From positions 46,314,001 to 46,378,000 of the forward strand of contig OX597827.1 of assembly GCA_951406725.2 (NCBI GenBank): a DNA stretch of 64,000 nt, given 5' to 3'. Made by a program: the position numbers and the translations under genes. The notes under the pieces are model-generated. The model made no database searches. It saw only the letters and a list, made by a program, of their open reading frames with translations, and was not told where the DNA came from. Below, piece by piece: positions 28,379-43,212 of the stretch (positions are counted from its first letter, which is position 1; each line of letters starts with the position of its first letter). This DNA comes from Octopus vulgaris (Eukaryota).

Positions 28379-28954
28379 AAACACATACATACGCAAATAT
28401 ACATCCACACATAAACAAATATATTCACAAAAAATATATAAACAATAAGAGATTAAGCTGGAAAAAAAAATCAGAGGAATAAAATATTTTTACGAAAATT
28501 GCCAATTACGGTTTTGATACACTTTCTCCGAAAGATTTTCCTCTATTTTATTTCCCTATATAGAGCGATGAAAAACAAAATCAAATTCGGCAGCATTCGA
28601 ACTCCGAACGTAAAGGGCTGTAACTAAAAACCGTAGCCATAATTAGTAACATACGGAAAATTCCTTAAATATGTAACGTACACGATTCGATGTGCAAAAG
28701 TTTATAAAATTACTACCAGTCATGTACTAAGGTCAAAATAATCGTCTGTCTACATCATCTACCCATAATTAGAAGTATAAGGTCAAGGGGTAGGGTATAA
28801 TCAATAATATCGATCCAGTAAAATTCATAAAAGTCATTTATTCATTCATTCATTCATTTTACCGACGCCAGGTGAGCGAAAGGTAAAGCTGTCTCCGACG
28901 GTATTCAGACTAATTATAATAATACAACAGAAAATATTACATTATGCAGGTGTG

Positions 28955-29015
<61 letters not shown>

Positions 29016-29677
29016 GCGTGTGTATTTACACACACGCACACACACGCGCAAATGCACACATATATATATGCATTTATAGTGCGCGTGTGTATGTACATAT
29101 GTATATTAAACGCATATTTAAATTGTCTCACGAAAATAAAATGACGAGGCCATAAACCAAGGTAACACTATAATTTACCGAAACAATAACCTCCAAGTAT
29201 TATTTATCTGTAAATATTGGTAGACATCGTATATAAAACAAGAGGAGAGTGCTAAGATATTATTTACATACAATTGATGAAGATTAGGCTCTGGTGCTAA
29301 GTACGGATGGCCAAACGCAATGCAATTTTCAGACGCTTTCAAGCTCGTGTATGTGTGCGCGTACACGTGTGTCGGTGTGTGTGCAGGTGTACGTTAAGGT
29401 ATGTGTGTGGATGTGTGAGCATCATTCTTTTATTCTTTCATTTGTTTCAGCCATTTGACTGCGGCCCTGTTGGAGCACCGCCTTTAGTCGAACAAATCGA
29501 TCCCAGGACTTATTCTTTGTAAGCCTTGTACTTACCCTATCGTTCTGTTTTGCCAAACCGCTAAGTTACGGGAACGTAAACACACCAACATCGGCTGTCA
29601 AGTGATAGTAGGGGGAAAAAACACAGACACACACACACACACACACATACACACACACACACTCACACACACACACA

Positions 29678-29715
<38 letters not shown>

Positions 29716-32629
29716 GACAGGCTTCTTTCAGTTTCCGTCTACCAAATCCACTCACAGGGCTTTGATCGGCCCGAGGCTATAAGTAGGAGACATTTGCCCA
29801 AGGTGCCACACAGTGGGACTGAACTCGGAACCACGTGGATGGTAAGCAAGCTACTTACAACACAGCCACTCATGCACCTTATCTTTTCATGTTTCAGACT
29901 TTAGACTGCAGCCACGCCGAGGCACCGCTTTGAAGAATTTTAGTCGACCGAATCGACCCCTATACTTGCTTTAAAAAAATGTCTGGCGCAGGCGTGGCTA
30001 TGTGGTAAGAAGCTTGCATCCCAATCACATGGTTCCGGGTTCAGCCCCACTGCGTGACAGCTACGGTAAGTCTCTTCTACTATAGCCTCGGGCCGACCAA
30101 AGCCTAGGTAGACGGAAACTGAAAAGAAGCCCGTCGTATATATGTATGTATGTATGTATGTATGTGTCTTTGTGTCTATGTTTGTCTCCCCACCATCACT
30201 TGACATCCGATGTTGGTGTGTTTACGTTCCCGTAATATAGCGGTTCAGCAAAAGAGACCGATAGAATAAGTACTAGGTTTACAAAGGATAAGTCCTGGGG
30301 TCGATTTGTCCGACTAAAACGCTTCAAAATGGTGCTCCAGCCTGTTCGCAGTCAAGTGACTGAAGCAAATAGAAAATATAAAAGAACATTTGTTCTCTTT
30401 GTGTCTTTTGCGAAGCCACTAGTTAACGGGGACGTGAACATACCAAGACCGGTTTTCAAGCGGTGGCAGTGGAAAACACACACACACCCACGCACACCCA
30501 CACACACTCACACCCACACACATGCACGCACACACACACACACGCGCGCATAAACACACATACACGCGCACGCACGCAAGACGAGCTTCTTTCAGTTTCT
30601 ATCTATCAAATCCACTCACAAGGTTTTGGTCGGCCCAGAGCTCACCCAATGTGTCGCGCAGTGGAACTGAACCCGGAACCACATGTTTGTGAAGCAAACT
30701 TCTTATATTAACCATGCCTACGCCAGTAGTTCAGAATTACATTCTGTATATCTTACTTAACGTGGATATGATGTAGAAAGTCACAAATCTCAGAAACTTG
30801 CCCAAGGTGCCACGCAGCGGGACTGAACCTGGAACCATGTGGTTGGGAAGCAAATATCCGAAATGAAAATGACCTAACTAAAACAACACAGACGAGCCAG
30901 TGACATGTATTTGAACAACAAAGACGGATAAGAGCGTATCAAATAACATACACAATAATTCTTTTTCTTAGACGCATCTTTCCTCCCGTGGAGGCACATG
31001 GCCTAGTGGTTAGAGCAGCGGACTCGCGGTCGAGTGATCGCGGGTTCAAATCGCAGACCGGGTGATGTATGTGTTTCTGAGCGAAACACCTAAGCTCTAC
31101 GCGGCTCCGGCAGAAGGTAATGGTGAACTTCTGCTGACTCTTTCGCCACAACTTTCTCTCACTCTTTCCTCCTGCATCTTGCAGCTCACCTTCGACGGAC
31201 CGGCGTCCCGACCAGGTGGGGAACCTATACGCCAAGGAAACCAGGAAACCGGCCCTATGAGCCAGGCATGGCTCGAGAAGGAACAAACAACAATCTTTGT
31301 TTCCAGAAAAGGTAGAATAATTGGTTGGTGTCAGTTAAGTCTAAGAAGGGGGAGATAATCTCAAGAATCAAGAGTTTTCTAAAGTTGATATGCCATTAAG
31401 GAAAAGACAGTCTTTCTGAAGACGAAGGGACAACTGTTGGAATAAGTTTCTGTCTCAATCGGCGTCATAAGCATAATGACCCACTTTGTCTTTAGTAGAC
31501 GAGATACTTGAACATACGCAAAAAAGAGTAGAATACATTTTTTGTCCTTGTAATTTGCATAAGTGAAGCCAAAATAACTTAGAGTGGGTTTAATGTTCTG
31601 TATTTATTAAATTATTGATTTGTGCCCAAAAATTAATCACATTATCATAATTAGTATGTAAAACTACATTAATGAGGAAAATTTCAAAATATCGAACACT
31701 GCGAACGAAACATCAGAGTTCACACACACACACACACACACACATCTCTTCCTCTCTCTGTATATCCAAACATGTGTATGTGTGTGATAAAAGACGATGA
31801 ATAGACAATAACATTTCAATACTTGTTACACGTGTTTTAATAGTATGGTAATTTATTCGACTGCAGCCAATTTTTATTCCACTGACAGTTCGGTTGCCCG
31901 AGGAAATGGAAAGTGATTTCTAATTACATATTACGTAATGCACAAATAATGAATAAATTACAATGCTACAGAAATATATGTAGCATGTATAGAACTGTTA
32001 TCCTTCAGTCATCTTTCTAATTTACATTTCTTTATATCACGAGAAACGTAACAAATTTTACTACTGAGATTCGAGTTGCAAAGTAGCTGATATCATTAAA
32101 CAACCGTTTTCAATGGTGATCTGATCGTAAAACGAGGATATTAGATTATTGATTTATTAGCATTCCTACTGTGTTAACCGCAAGGCATTTTGCACGCTGG
32201 AAACTACCGGGCTATTGTCCACAATCGACAGAATCTGAACCAATTGTTGTCACTTTCGAACGATGCCACCCCGCTAGTTAGACAGGAAGGCCAACATAGC
32301 CCCTGCATGGAACGCCTCTACTCAAAATTATCTGTTTTACTCACTCACTCCCATTATCTCTCTATTTTTATTCACCACATACCACTCTCACAACAACCAG
32401 TAGTTTATCTTTTTTTTTACTATTTGAGCGACTTCCTTTAGCCTTACACACATTTACGGAAGTAGGAACGTGGTTATAATTATGTGTGTGTGTATAAATA
32501 TATGTATATATGTGTGTGTGTTAGGATATGTAGGTATATCATACATATATACACAAATGTGAATACATAAATCATCATATATATGTCTGTGTGTGTGTAT
32601 ATGTGTATTTATGCATGTATGTATGTATG

Positions 32630-32660
<31 letters not shown>

Positions 32661-32946
32661 TACTTAGTTGTGCTCATGACTTAGTATTCGCTTCTTCCAT
32701 GGGTATAAGTAAGTATTTCACTTATTTCTTTGCAGTATTTATCACTGATGAAGGGAAGGTTCTTATGAACTAACTCTGAAATCGGGTCCGATATGGTAAT
32801 AACGGGATTTTTTAGAAATTTCTGTCGGCTTTCTTCGAAACGCGTGCTTGTAGTGATAAATTATATGGTTATTGACGTTGTGTCTATTTTCGGCATATTT
32901 TGGCATTAGAAATCTTTTCTTTTGCCCTTACTTATAAATATGTATG

Positions 32947-32980
<34 letters not shown>

Positions 32981-33231
32981 TGTATGTATGTATGTATGTA
33001 TGTATGTATGTATGTATGTATATCATTATTCAGTTTTATTTCAAGATTTATAACCTAGATCCAAGGCTTCTTCATTGGAATTTCAACATCAACAGCGTAT
33101 TTTTCTATGTATTTGTGTAAATGTACAGTATTTGGAGTCAGTGTATGTGCAGATTTATATGTTTTGTTTTATGCATGTATTCTCATGCATATGGTTGCAT
33201 GTCTAGACATCCACACTCTAAAGTGATAAGC

Positions 33232-33264
<33 letters not shown>

Positions 33265-33289
33265 TGTATGTATGTATGTATGTATGTAT

Positions 33290-33660
33290 GTCATCGTTCA
33301 GTTTAATTTCAAGATTTGTTGCTAATAGACAGAGAGCCGGTTTCTAACCTTGATCCAAAGCTCCTTCATTGGTATTTCAACATCAACAATAGGGTATGTA
33401 TGTATGTATGTTTGTATGTATGTATGTATGTATGTATGTATGTATGTATGTATGTATGTATACATGCAGATGTATATGTTTTGTTTTATGTATGTATTCT
33501 TATGCATATAGTAGCATATCTAGACATGCTCATATATATTTTATGATAAACTTCTGGAAAGTTTTACAGACTTTTACAGTTCCCGTGATGGAGTGGATCT
33601 GTAATCTTCGAATCAGGTCTCTCCTTTCTCTGTGTGTGTCTCTTTCTCTCTCTCTTTCTT

Positions 33661-33691
<31 letters not shown>

Positions 33692-34186
33692 CTCTCTTTC
33701 TGAAAATCCCAGTTTATCCCAATTCTCCTTTAAGCATTTACTAGCAAATCCTAGTGCTCCAGTTATTATTGGCATGAATATGAATATGAATTCATAGTCT
33801 GGATATAAAAGCTGGAGGCTTCGAAGCAGTTGTCCATAGATATCCTCTTTTTCTTTGATTTTCAAAGAGATATTTATATCTGCAGAGCAGCTGACCTCTA
33901 TGACGGTACATACCTTTGCCCTTCTGTCCCAAACAACAATATTCCACCTGTCATGTTTACATTTGACAGAAGTTTTCATGGGAATACTCCACCAATATTC
34001 ATTGAGTTGATGTTTATGAATGTATTCCATAACAGAGGGATTTTCTAAGTTTATTTCAGGACAGTCTTTTTTATAGCGCACACATACGGTTACATCTTGG
34101 GATTACAAAAGCGTCTTATTCACCACGTACTTTGTAATAATCTCCTGTTCCTGGATTGCAAACGCATAGCCCTCAAAGTGTGATGT
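33290..34186 (-). mobile_element. 3' portion of R4/Dong-like RLE-type retroelement embedded in (TATG)n
   Basis: SHFEGYAFAIQEQEI and IVVWDR..VIEVSC..KEKEDIY..PIITGALG restriction-like endonuclease region; 3' UTR shared with 33020-33200, 35805-35908 and 57527-57846. Confidence 0.75.
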
Positions 34187-34208
34187 ATGTATGTATGTAT
34201 GTATGTTT

Positions 34209-34437
34209 TTGTTTACTACCCACAAGGGGCTAAACATAGAGGGGACAAACAAGGACAGACAAAGGGATTAAGTCGATTACATCGACCCCAGTGCGAAACT
34301 GGTACTTTATTTATCGACCCCGAAAGGATGAAAGGCAAAGTCGACCTCGGCGGAATTTGAACTCAGAACGTAACGACAGACGAAATACTACTAAGCATTT
34401 CGCCCGGCGCGCTAACGTTTCTGCCAGCTCGCCGCCT
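34209..34437 (-). mobile_element. SINE family B, representative copy; others at ~3643-3872, 15841-16248 (dimer), 16981-17194, 19121-19274, 25071-25478 (dimer), 61719-62033
   Basis: ggcggcgagctggcagaaacgttagc..gagttcaaattcc head; gtcgactttgcctttcatcc core; ccccttgtgggtaataaagaaat tail. Confidence 0.85.
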
Positions 34438-35918
34438 TAAATGTATGTATGTATGTATGAATGTATGTATGTATGTATGTATGTATGTATGTATGTATGT
34501 ATGTATGTATGTATGTATGTATGTATGTATGTTCAGGTCAGGTCAGGTCACTTTTGAGTGCTACTGGTAACATGTAATCCAGTACAACCTGTTGCATGGT
34601 CAGGTCGTCGGCGACTAAACCTTCAACCCCACCAAGCTTGCTTGGTGAGGAGGGTGTTTATTGGTCACCCTGGGGGATGAAAAACAAAACCCGTAAAAGG
34701 GCGGAGGAACTCTTGAGATCAACGGCCATCCAATAAATGTCTTAAGGCTGTATCATGCGCGGGGACATAGAAATAATCGGACTGAATACCCGATCGCGCG
34801 GTTAAACCATTGGGAGTGAAGGACTCCTAGCCTTTGTTAGGGCATCCTTCTAGGAGAAGGTAGCTCAGGAAACTGGGATAACTCCGACATAAAACCTTCG
34901 GTTCAGTGGTTACCGATGATGTTGACTTGTTCTTATTTTCGGATTATTGCTGTTGCTTAGTGAGTGGGATTGACTCAGTGCACAGCCTTTCCTCACTTTA
35001 AAAAAAATCTTCTTGCACAGGCATTGCACGATAACAACATTGATTAAGCTTCGCGCAATAGCCATACTCGATAACGAGGGGGCAGCCACCATGTATGTAT
35101 GTATGTTTGTATGTCTACGCGCCTACACAAACAACATTTATCTAGTTGTAGTTGCTGTCAGTTTATCTTTGAGCGGCTTTCAGTTTCATCTTAAACCAAA
35201 GTGGTCGTGCAATTGTCAATATCGATGTTCGGCTGCACCAGTAAACGCAATACATTTTAAGTTGCGTAACTGTTTTCTTTTCTGATGTCGGTTGCTTCCC
35301 TTAGATTAGACGTTTCAATAACTGAAGACCGTAAAAAGCTGAAGTTCTTAAAGAGTTTACCGAAAATGTATTGTGTATTCTTTTAGTCTTTTACCTGTAT
35401 CAGTCATTTCACTGTGGCCATACTGGAGCACCACATACCACGTGTATGTATATGTTTGTTATCATAGTGTGTTACAGTAAGATAAATACGTTTAAACCGG
35501 TCGTGTTCCATGCTTAAACCTTTTTGAAGTCAGGAAGTTCTCTATGAAAAGTTGTCAGTTTATTAAACTCTGATACACAGCACACTCTCAACACCTATGT
35601 ATGTACTGTAAATACGTGTATGTGTGTGTGTTGATATATGCATCCATACACATATGCATGCATACACACATACATCTATACATACATGCATGTATACATA
35701 CATACATACATACATACATACATACATACATACATACATACATACATACATACATACATACATACATACATACATAAATACATACATACATACAAATAAA
35801 AATACCCTGCTGTTGATACTGAAATTCCAGTGAAGGAGCCTTGGGTCTAGGTTAGAAACCAGGTCTTTCTCTACTGGCGAGAAATCTTGAAATAAACTGA
35901 ATAATGACATACATACAT

Positions 35919-35957
<39 letters not shown>

Positions 35958-36279
35958 CATACATACATACATACATACATACATACATACATACATACAT
36001 ACATACATACATACATACATACATACATACATAGATGAGGTCCTACGATGTGCTTAATCTGCAAACATTATTATACATCACCGAGCCCCCGGAAACAGCT
36101 GTTGGATTTGTAATACTTTCCCTCATCTCCTTTAATTCTCTATATCATTTGTATTCTGTGTAAGTCGGAGCTTTTTATATGTATAAATTTATACTTGTCT
36201 TGTAGTTCATGTATTTAATATACTTTTCTTTATTGATCTGTCTAACATGCTTATCCCTACATTTACTTTATATATATAT

Positions 36280-36361
<82 letters not shown>

Positions 36362-36547
36362 TAAGCAATTAAGGGTTTAGCAACGAATTGCCTCACCACA
36401 CACCGAATTTAGAAATAGCAGTCAAAGAGTTATAGCTATTCTTTCTACTAAAAGGGAGATCTCAGTAAAAACACACCACTTGAAAGGCAAACACAGACAG
36501 GTAAGAGAGAATGAAATGACGGCAATCTATCATACAATTTTAAGTCA

Positions 36548-36638
36548 CCTACGGACGTACGTTTCGAAATTAAGTTTTAGGAAAGCATAAGAATTAGATA
36601 ATTATATCTTACCCAACTTCTTTTCTCATCAGCGTAGG
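36548..36638 (-). ncRNA. type I hammerhead ribozyme motif (mirror copy)
   Basis: reverse complement of 37002-37092. Confidence 0.85.
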
Positions 36639-37001
36639 ACACTACAATTATGAATAATTGTATATTAAATTTCGAGATACTAGAAGGCATCATCTCAACT
36701 CAGTATCAGAGCGAGCTAAAGCCGTTACCAGTACCACCAAATTCAAAGTGTGAATGAAAGTTTGTGTCACCAGCCCCTTCCCACCCGCGTGTAGCCAAGA
36801 CAAGATGCTGTGGTCATTTACTGGGATGAAATATGGTTATCAGTAACAATATAGGGTGAAATTAATTAATTTGGAATAATTTTCATTCACACTTTGAATT
36901 TGGTGGTACTGGTAACGGCTTTAGCTCGCTCTGATACTGAGTTGAGATGATGCCTTCTAGTATCTCGAAATTTAATATACAATTATTCATAATTGTAGTG
37001 T

Positions 37002-37092
37002 CCTACGCTGATGAGAAAAGAAGTTGGGTAAGATATAATTATCTAATTCTTATGCTTTCCTAAAACTTAATTTCGAAACGTACGTCCGTAGG
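37002..37092 (+). ncRNA. type I hammerhead ribozyme motif
   Basis: stem I cctacg/cgtagg; CTGATGA 37008-37014; stem II gaaa..tttc; GAAA 37075-37078; palindromic stem III ACGTACGT; GUC cleavage triplet ending 37086. Confidence 0.85.
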
Positions 37093-37276
37093 TGACTTAA
37101 AATTGTATATGATAAATTGCCGTCATTTCATTCTCTCTTACCTGTCTGTGTTTGCCTTTCAAGTGGTGTGTTTTTACTGAGATCTCCCTTTTAGTAGAAA
37201 GAATAGCTATAACTCTTTGACTGCTATTTCTAAATTCGGTGTGTGGTGAGGCAATTCGTTGCTAAACCCTTAATTG

Positions 37277-37364
<88 letters not shown>

Positions 37365-38581
37365 GGATAAGATCGTTTTTTTAAATACTGATCATATCAA
37401 GTGGCTAGCATGGGAATAAAATACCTCATAGGTAATAATTATTATTAAAATTATAATTAAGGGTGCTGTATAAATAATTGATGCGGTTTTAGAGTCAAGT
37501 TTTGATTGCTATCTCTAGCATGATGGTATCTCTTAGATACCCTTAATTATAATTATAATTTTATATATGTATATATATAGTCAGGGACTTTTGTGCGACT
37601 TTACTGTATTATAACATGTTATGAAAGCGTGCAGATACGCATTCATAATATGTTACAATACAGTAAAGTTGCTCTATGAAGTTGTTGTATGCCTTCTCAG
37701 GATGCCTTAACACACTTCTTAGAGTGTCTGTTTTATAAAATGTCACTAGTCTAGGATTTACACAGTGATCATATTTCTTTGGCATAATTTGTATGTTTTT
37801 GCCTTGCTCAAATACAACTTACAGCCGTGGAAAATGTTTCCTGTAGAATTTAGTCGTCGTACCTTCAATTTCCAAATACATCTAGTGTTTGGAAGTAATC
37901 CATTTGTTTATGATTTTGAATGAGAAAGCATCGATTGAAACAATTGGCGCTTCGTTGATTACGACGGCGAGGGTTCCACTTGATCCGATCACCGGTGAAA
38001 TTAACGAACAAACACGCATACCCATAACGAAATTCTCGGGTACATTCAGCGTGACACAGAATATGACAAGGCTGGTCTTTTGAAATACATGTAGAACTCA
38101 TTTTTACCATGCTGAGTGGATTGGAGCAATGTAAAATAAAGTGTCTTGTTCAAGGAAGCAACGAGCCACTGAGAATCGAACTCATAACCTTACGATCGTG
38201 ACCCGAATACTTTAATCACTAAGCCACGCGCCTTCCCTATCGCTTGGAATAACGATGCTTATAACTGCCCTTCACTATGCCACTGTAGTGTTTATCTCAG
38301 TTATCTAGAGTTTGCTTTGTGAAGATCATCTTTAATTCACAGGAAATTGCATCGGTATTGTAGGAGTAATCAGGAGGCATTAGTTTTTTGTCTTTTTTTG
38401 TTTTGTTTTTGTCTCTGAGTGAACAATTTACTTCTGTTGGTTTAGTTGTGGTACTTGTAATTTTATATTTTCTTCTTTACCGTACAGCTATAACTTAACT
38501 TAAAATTTTCTTTATTGAATAATTTCTTACAATGATAGTTGAAAGGCAAACGTTAATTCCTTAAATCTATATATATTTAGG

Positions 38582-38678
<97 letters not shown>

Positions 38679-39453
38679 GAACTAATCTTTAACAGGAAAG
38701 AATTGAACCAGGTGATATGGCAATTTTCTTCCTCGTGTATTGGTGTCAAATAATTAGCGGTTCATTTAATCTCATTCTTATACACTCGAGTTATTAGTGC
38801 TTTGTTGTAGTCAGTTATCGTTCATTAGCAAATTTTCTTATTCGACAAGTTAGAGATTCCTATACAAATAGCTTAGACCAGGCTTATGTAAACTATGGGT
38901 GGATGGAAAACATGTTAATATACACGATCTCTTCGTTCAGTTTTTCCATATGAAATAAAATTATATAGTTTTATATTTAAACGACTGTCTTAGTGTACAG
39001 GGTACAGCAGAAAAACTTCCCATATTTTACATAGCCATTGGTGTGACGCTAGAAACGTTAAGTGGATGATAATGGTGTCTTCATGTAACTAGTGGTTCAT
39101 TGAATTTCTTTTTACTTACCCTCATTGTTAAAACTAGTGTAAAGTATGCGTTCGCTGCAGAAACATTTATGGATGGTGAGTTTATGGTGGGATGTGCTGC
39201 ATATTGTAACAGTGTATTCCGTGGAAAAACCTAATGAGCAAGTATGATCACAGGTTGTCGACCGCGTCATGGGTTGATGTGTGGATATCAGCAACGTAAT
39301 AACATATAATTTTCAAAATACTCAAAATACCAAAATAAGGCAAAGGTTAAATAAAGAAAAAAGACAAAATATCTATTCAAAAGTTTATAATATATTCTTT
39401 ATTATTATTACTATTTATATATACAGATTAATGTTTGTGTGTCTCTACAAGGA

Positions 39454-39486
<33 letters not shown>

Positions 39487-39677
39487 TGTATGTATGTATG
39501 TATGTATGTATGTATGTATGTATGTATGTGTAGATGTACATATATATGTGTGTGTGTGTGTGTGTATACATATAGGTGAATAAGTACACATATGTATGTA
39601 TTTTATATATATTTAGGTGTATATGTATATGTGTGTGTGTATCTATATACAGGTGAATAAATACACACACGTGTATG

Positions 39678-39734
<57 letters not shown>

Positions 39735-40103
39735 GGTATGTATGTATGCATGTATATGTATGTGTTTATGTATGCCGTGTATACCATGATGTCTGCAAAT
39801 TTAACAGTGGCCTCAAAAGACGTTTTAAGATTCACAAAGATCAGAACTTAACTGCAGATCTTGGTGACTCAAATCGGATAGGCAATCTATGTGAGTGTCT
39901 TTTCAATACATTGTCTGGTTTTAAAAGCCACATCAGACGCCATCATGGATCTAAGGCGTAAGTACAAGAGGTGGTCAGACTCTGCATAAGGAGCAGACAA
40001 CCACCATATATATATGTATGTATGCATGTATGGCAACTGTATTACGCTTATATACATATATTTAAAACCTCATATTGATTTGTGTTTGTGCTTTGCCATT
40101 TAC

Positions 40104-40134
<31 letters not shown>

Positions 40135-40297
40135 ATATTTTTATATATTGTATTATATCAACTGCATTTAGTTTGTGTGTATATATGTATATATACACTT
40201 TCAAATACTTGTATTCTTTTTTTGCATTTAACTGTTATGTATTTGTGTATTAAACATCTGGCAAATAATATAAACATCATCATCATCATTATCATCA

Positions 40298-40346
<49 letters not shown>

Positions 40347-40518
40347 CAGTATTATTATTAGTAGTAGTAGTGATTGTTGTTGTAGTATTGGTGGTGGTGG
40401 TGGTAGTAGTAGTAGTAGTCGAGCACTTGCATTAATTTCATCAATTGTTCCTATGAACCCAAAATAATTATCATCATCATTACTTTTATTATTATTAATA
40501 TTATTGTTGTTGTTGTTG

Positions 40519-40552
<34 letters not shown>

Positions 40553-40883
40553 AATCATCATTATAATCAGAATTGGGAGAAAAAATATATATATATACAA
40601 AATTTTAAATAATATACAAACAGCCCCCCCTCTCACGGTGCGTGTGTGTGTGTGTGTGTGCGTGTGTGTGTGTAGTTAAGATGCCTACATTGCTACCATG
40701 TAGTTCCGGTTTCAGTCTGTCTACATCTTGGCATATTCGACAGGTGCCTTCTACTTTAGCCCTAGGTCGACCAATCCTTTGTGAGTGGATTTGACTGACA
40801 ATCTATATGCAAGCCTGTCTTGTGTGTGTGTGTGTGAGTGTGCTTGTATATGATGTATATAATATAAACAAAAAATGTGTATG

Positions 40884-40955
<72 letters not shown>

Positions 40956-41358
40956 GTGTGTGTGTGGTATATGTATTTGTTTATCACCCCACCGCTTGGT
41001 AACCGGTGTTGGTTTCTTTACGTCTCCATAAGAAACCAATAGAATAAGTATCAGGCTTTAAAAAGTAAGCTCTCTGGTGGACTGTTCGACTAAACCCTTC
41101 GAGGCGGTGCCCCAGCATGGCTGCAATTTAGTGACTGAAACAAGTAAGATATAAAAGCTGGAAAAAAAAAGCGCAGGAAAACATACTAGAGACACACAGA
41201 TTGATGGATAATGAAACAGAGAAACAGATATTTGGGTATATCGAAAATGTGATGACTTTTGGTCGATAACTAATGAGGGGTGACCCTGTCCACGTCCTTT
41301 GTGCGTGTGTTTTCTGTTTTCCGAATGTTTTTGCGTTATCTTTTCGTGCCAAATTTTA

Positions 41359-41450
<92 letters not shown>

Positions 41451-41717
41451 CTGTGTAGTAAGAAGCTTATTTATTTTTTTATCGTGATAGATATAAACAC
41501 CTGCTCGACTTTTCTGTCTTCGTTCCATCCATTGGAACACCTAGGATTTGATAGCTGTGCTAGTTCTTTATTTATCGATTATCGATCCCGAAAAAAACAT
41601 GAGAGGCAAGGTTTTACTTAGGCAGGATATGAACAGTGTGCAGACACTTAGAGCAAATATCACAGCATATTCTACGTGACGCCTCTGTCAAGTCCGCCAA
41701 CCTACCGATTGATATAT

Positions 41718-41771
<54 letters not shown>

Positions 41772-42811
41772 TTGTGTGTGTGAGAGAGATACACACATAT
41801 TTGTTGGTCTGTATGATAGAAAGAGAAAGAGATGATGATGATGATGATGATGATGGGAGAAGAAGGTTTAAGAAAAATACAGTGATGGAGTCTGCTGTTC
41901 GTAATTCCAAGACTTTGAAGAGACGTGCAAAGCTTCAATGCCCTTCACAGCTTAATATCGCACACACAGAGACATTCAAATGTTGAAGATGCATACTATA
42001 GTCAATCGTATCAATCTCAGTACTTCACTGCTACCTATTTTATCAACCCTTCTCCCACCCCTCAGAAGGAAGGAAGGACAGCAAAACTGACCTAGACGGG
42101 TTTCGAACTCAGAACATAAAGGGACGCAATGAAATAGCACAAGGAAGGCGTATAGTCCACCCACTCCAGCGGTTCTTCGACAAATATTCAAATATTTGTC
42201 TTCGGTGAATCAGGCGTATTATGAACACACATCGTCTAAATGGGGATGTTTTCCGATGAAGGAAAGTAACAGTCATTCGCATATTCACGTTCGAATCTGC
42301 CAGGGTGTATTAGGAATAAATAGACGCTCTATTGTTTGGATTCTTGCCTTTCTGCGTGCATCTCCCGAATTATTCAAAGACCATCTTTCATTATTTAAAC
42401 TCGAGAAGTGAGTCTGGAAATAGAATAGTGCAGACGATTAGCAGTTCTACCTGGTCTACAATGTTGCTGTAGTGGAGGCCCAGTGGTTAGGGCAGCGGAC
42501 TCGCGTCATAGGATCACGGTTTCGATTCCCAGACCGGGTGTTGTGAGTGTTTATTTTGAGCGAAATTACCTAAAGCTCCACGAGGCTCCGGCAGGGGGTG
42601 GTGGCGAACCCTGCTCTACTCTTTCACCACAACTTTCTCTCACTCTTAGATCTTGGTCTACCAATTATGTTGGCAGGGTTTGCCTTTTTTTCTTCTTCAT
42701 TTTGTTCACTAGATCTTTTGCCTTAATGTTTCCATCCCTTTTTCCATTTTCGACTGCCCCCTACTTCATTATCATCTGTCTTTCCCTCCATCTTCTGACT
42801 CTTGTTTTATA

Positions 42812-43212
<401 letters not shown>

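Larger units (their letters stand above)
36362..37280. mobile_element. non-coding palindromic element with a hammerhead ribozyme in each arm (PLE pLTR/retrozyme-like); arms 36362-36759 and 36881-37280
   Basis: ~400-bp inverted arms (one substitution and a 2-bp indel noticed), 121-bp spacer, long (TA)n on both sides. Confidence 0.85.

Noticed and set aside
35563-36064. MYVC/YIYI/HTHT/poly-I/poly-Y ORFs here and throughout the window
   Set aside because: Translations of microsatellites, not genes
41618-41702. Possible terminal exon of the EGF receptor (G|GT TGG CGG ACT TGA)
   Set aside because: Acceptor is weak and microsatellite-adjacent; only four codons; unsupported without transcripts
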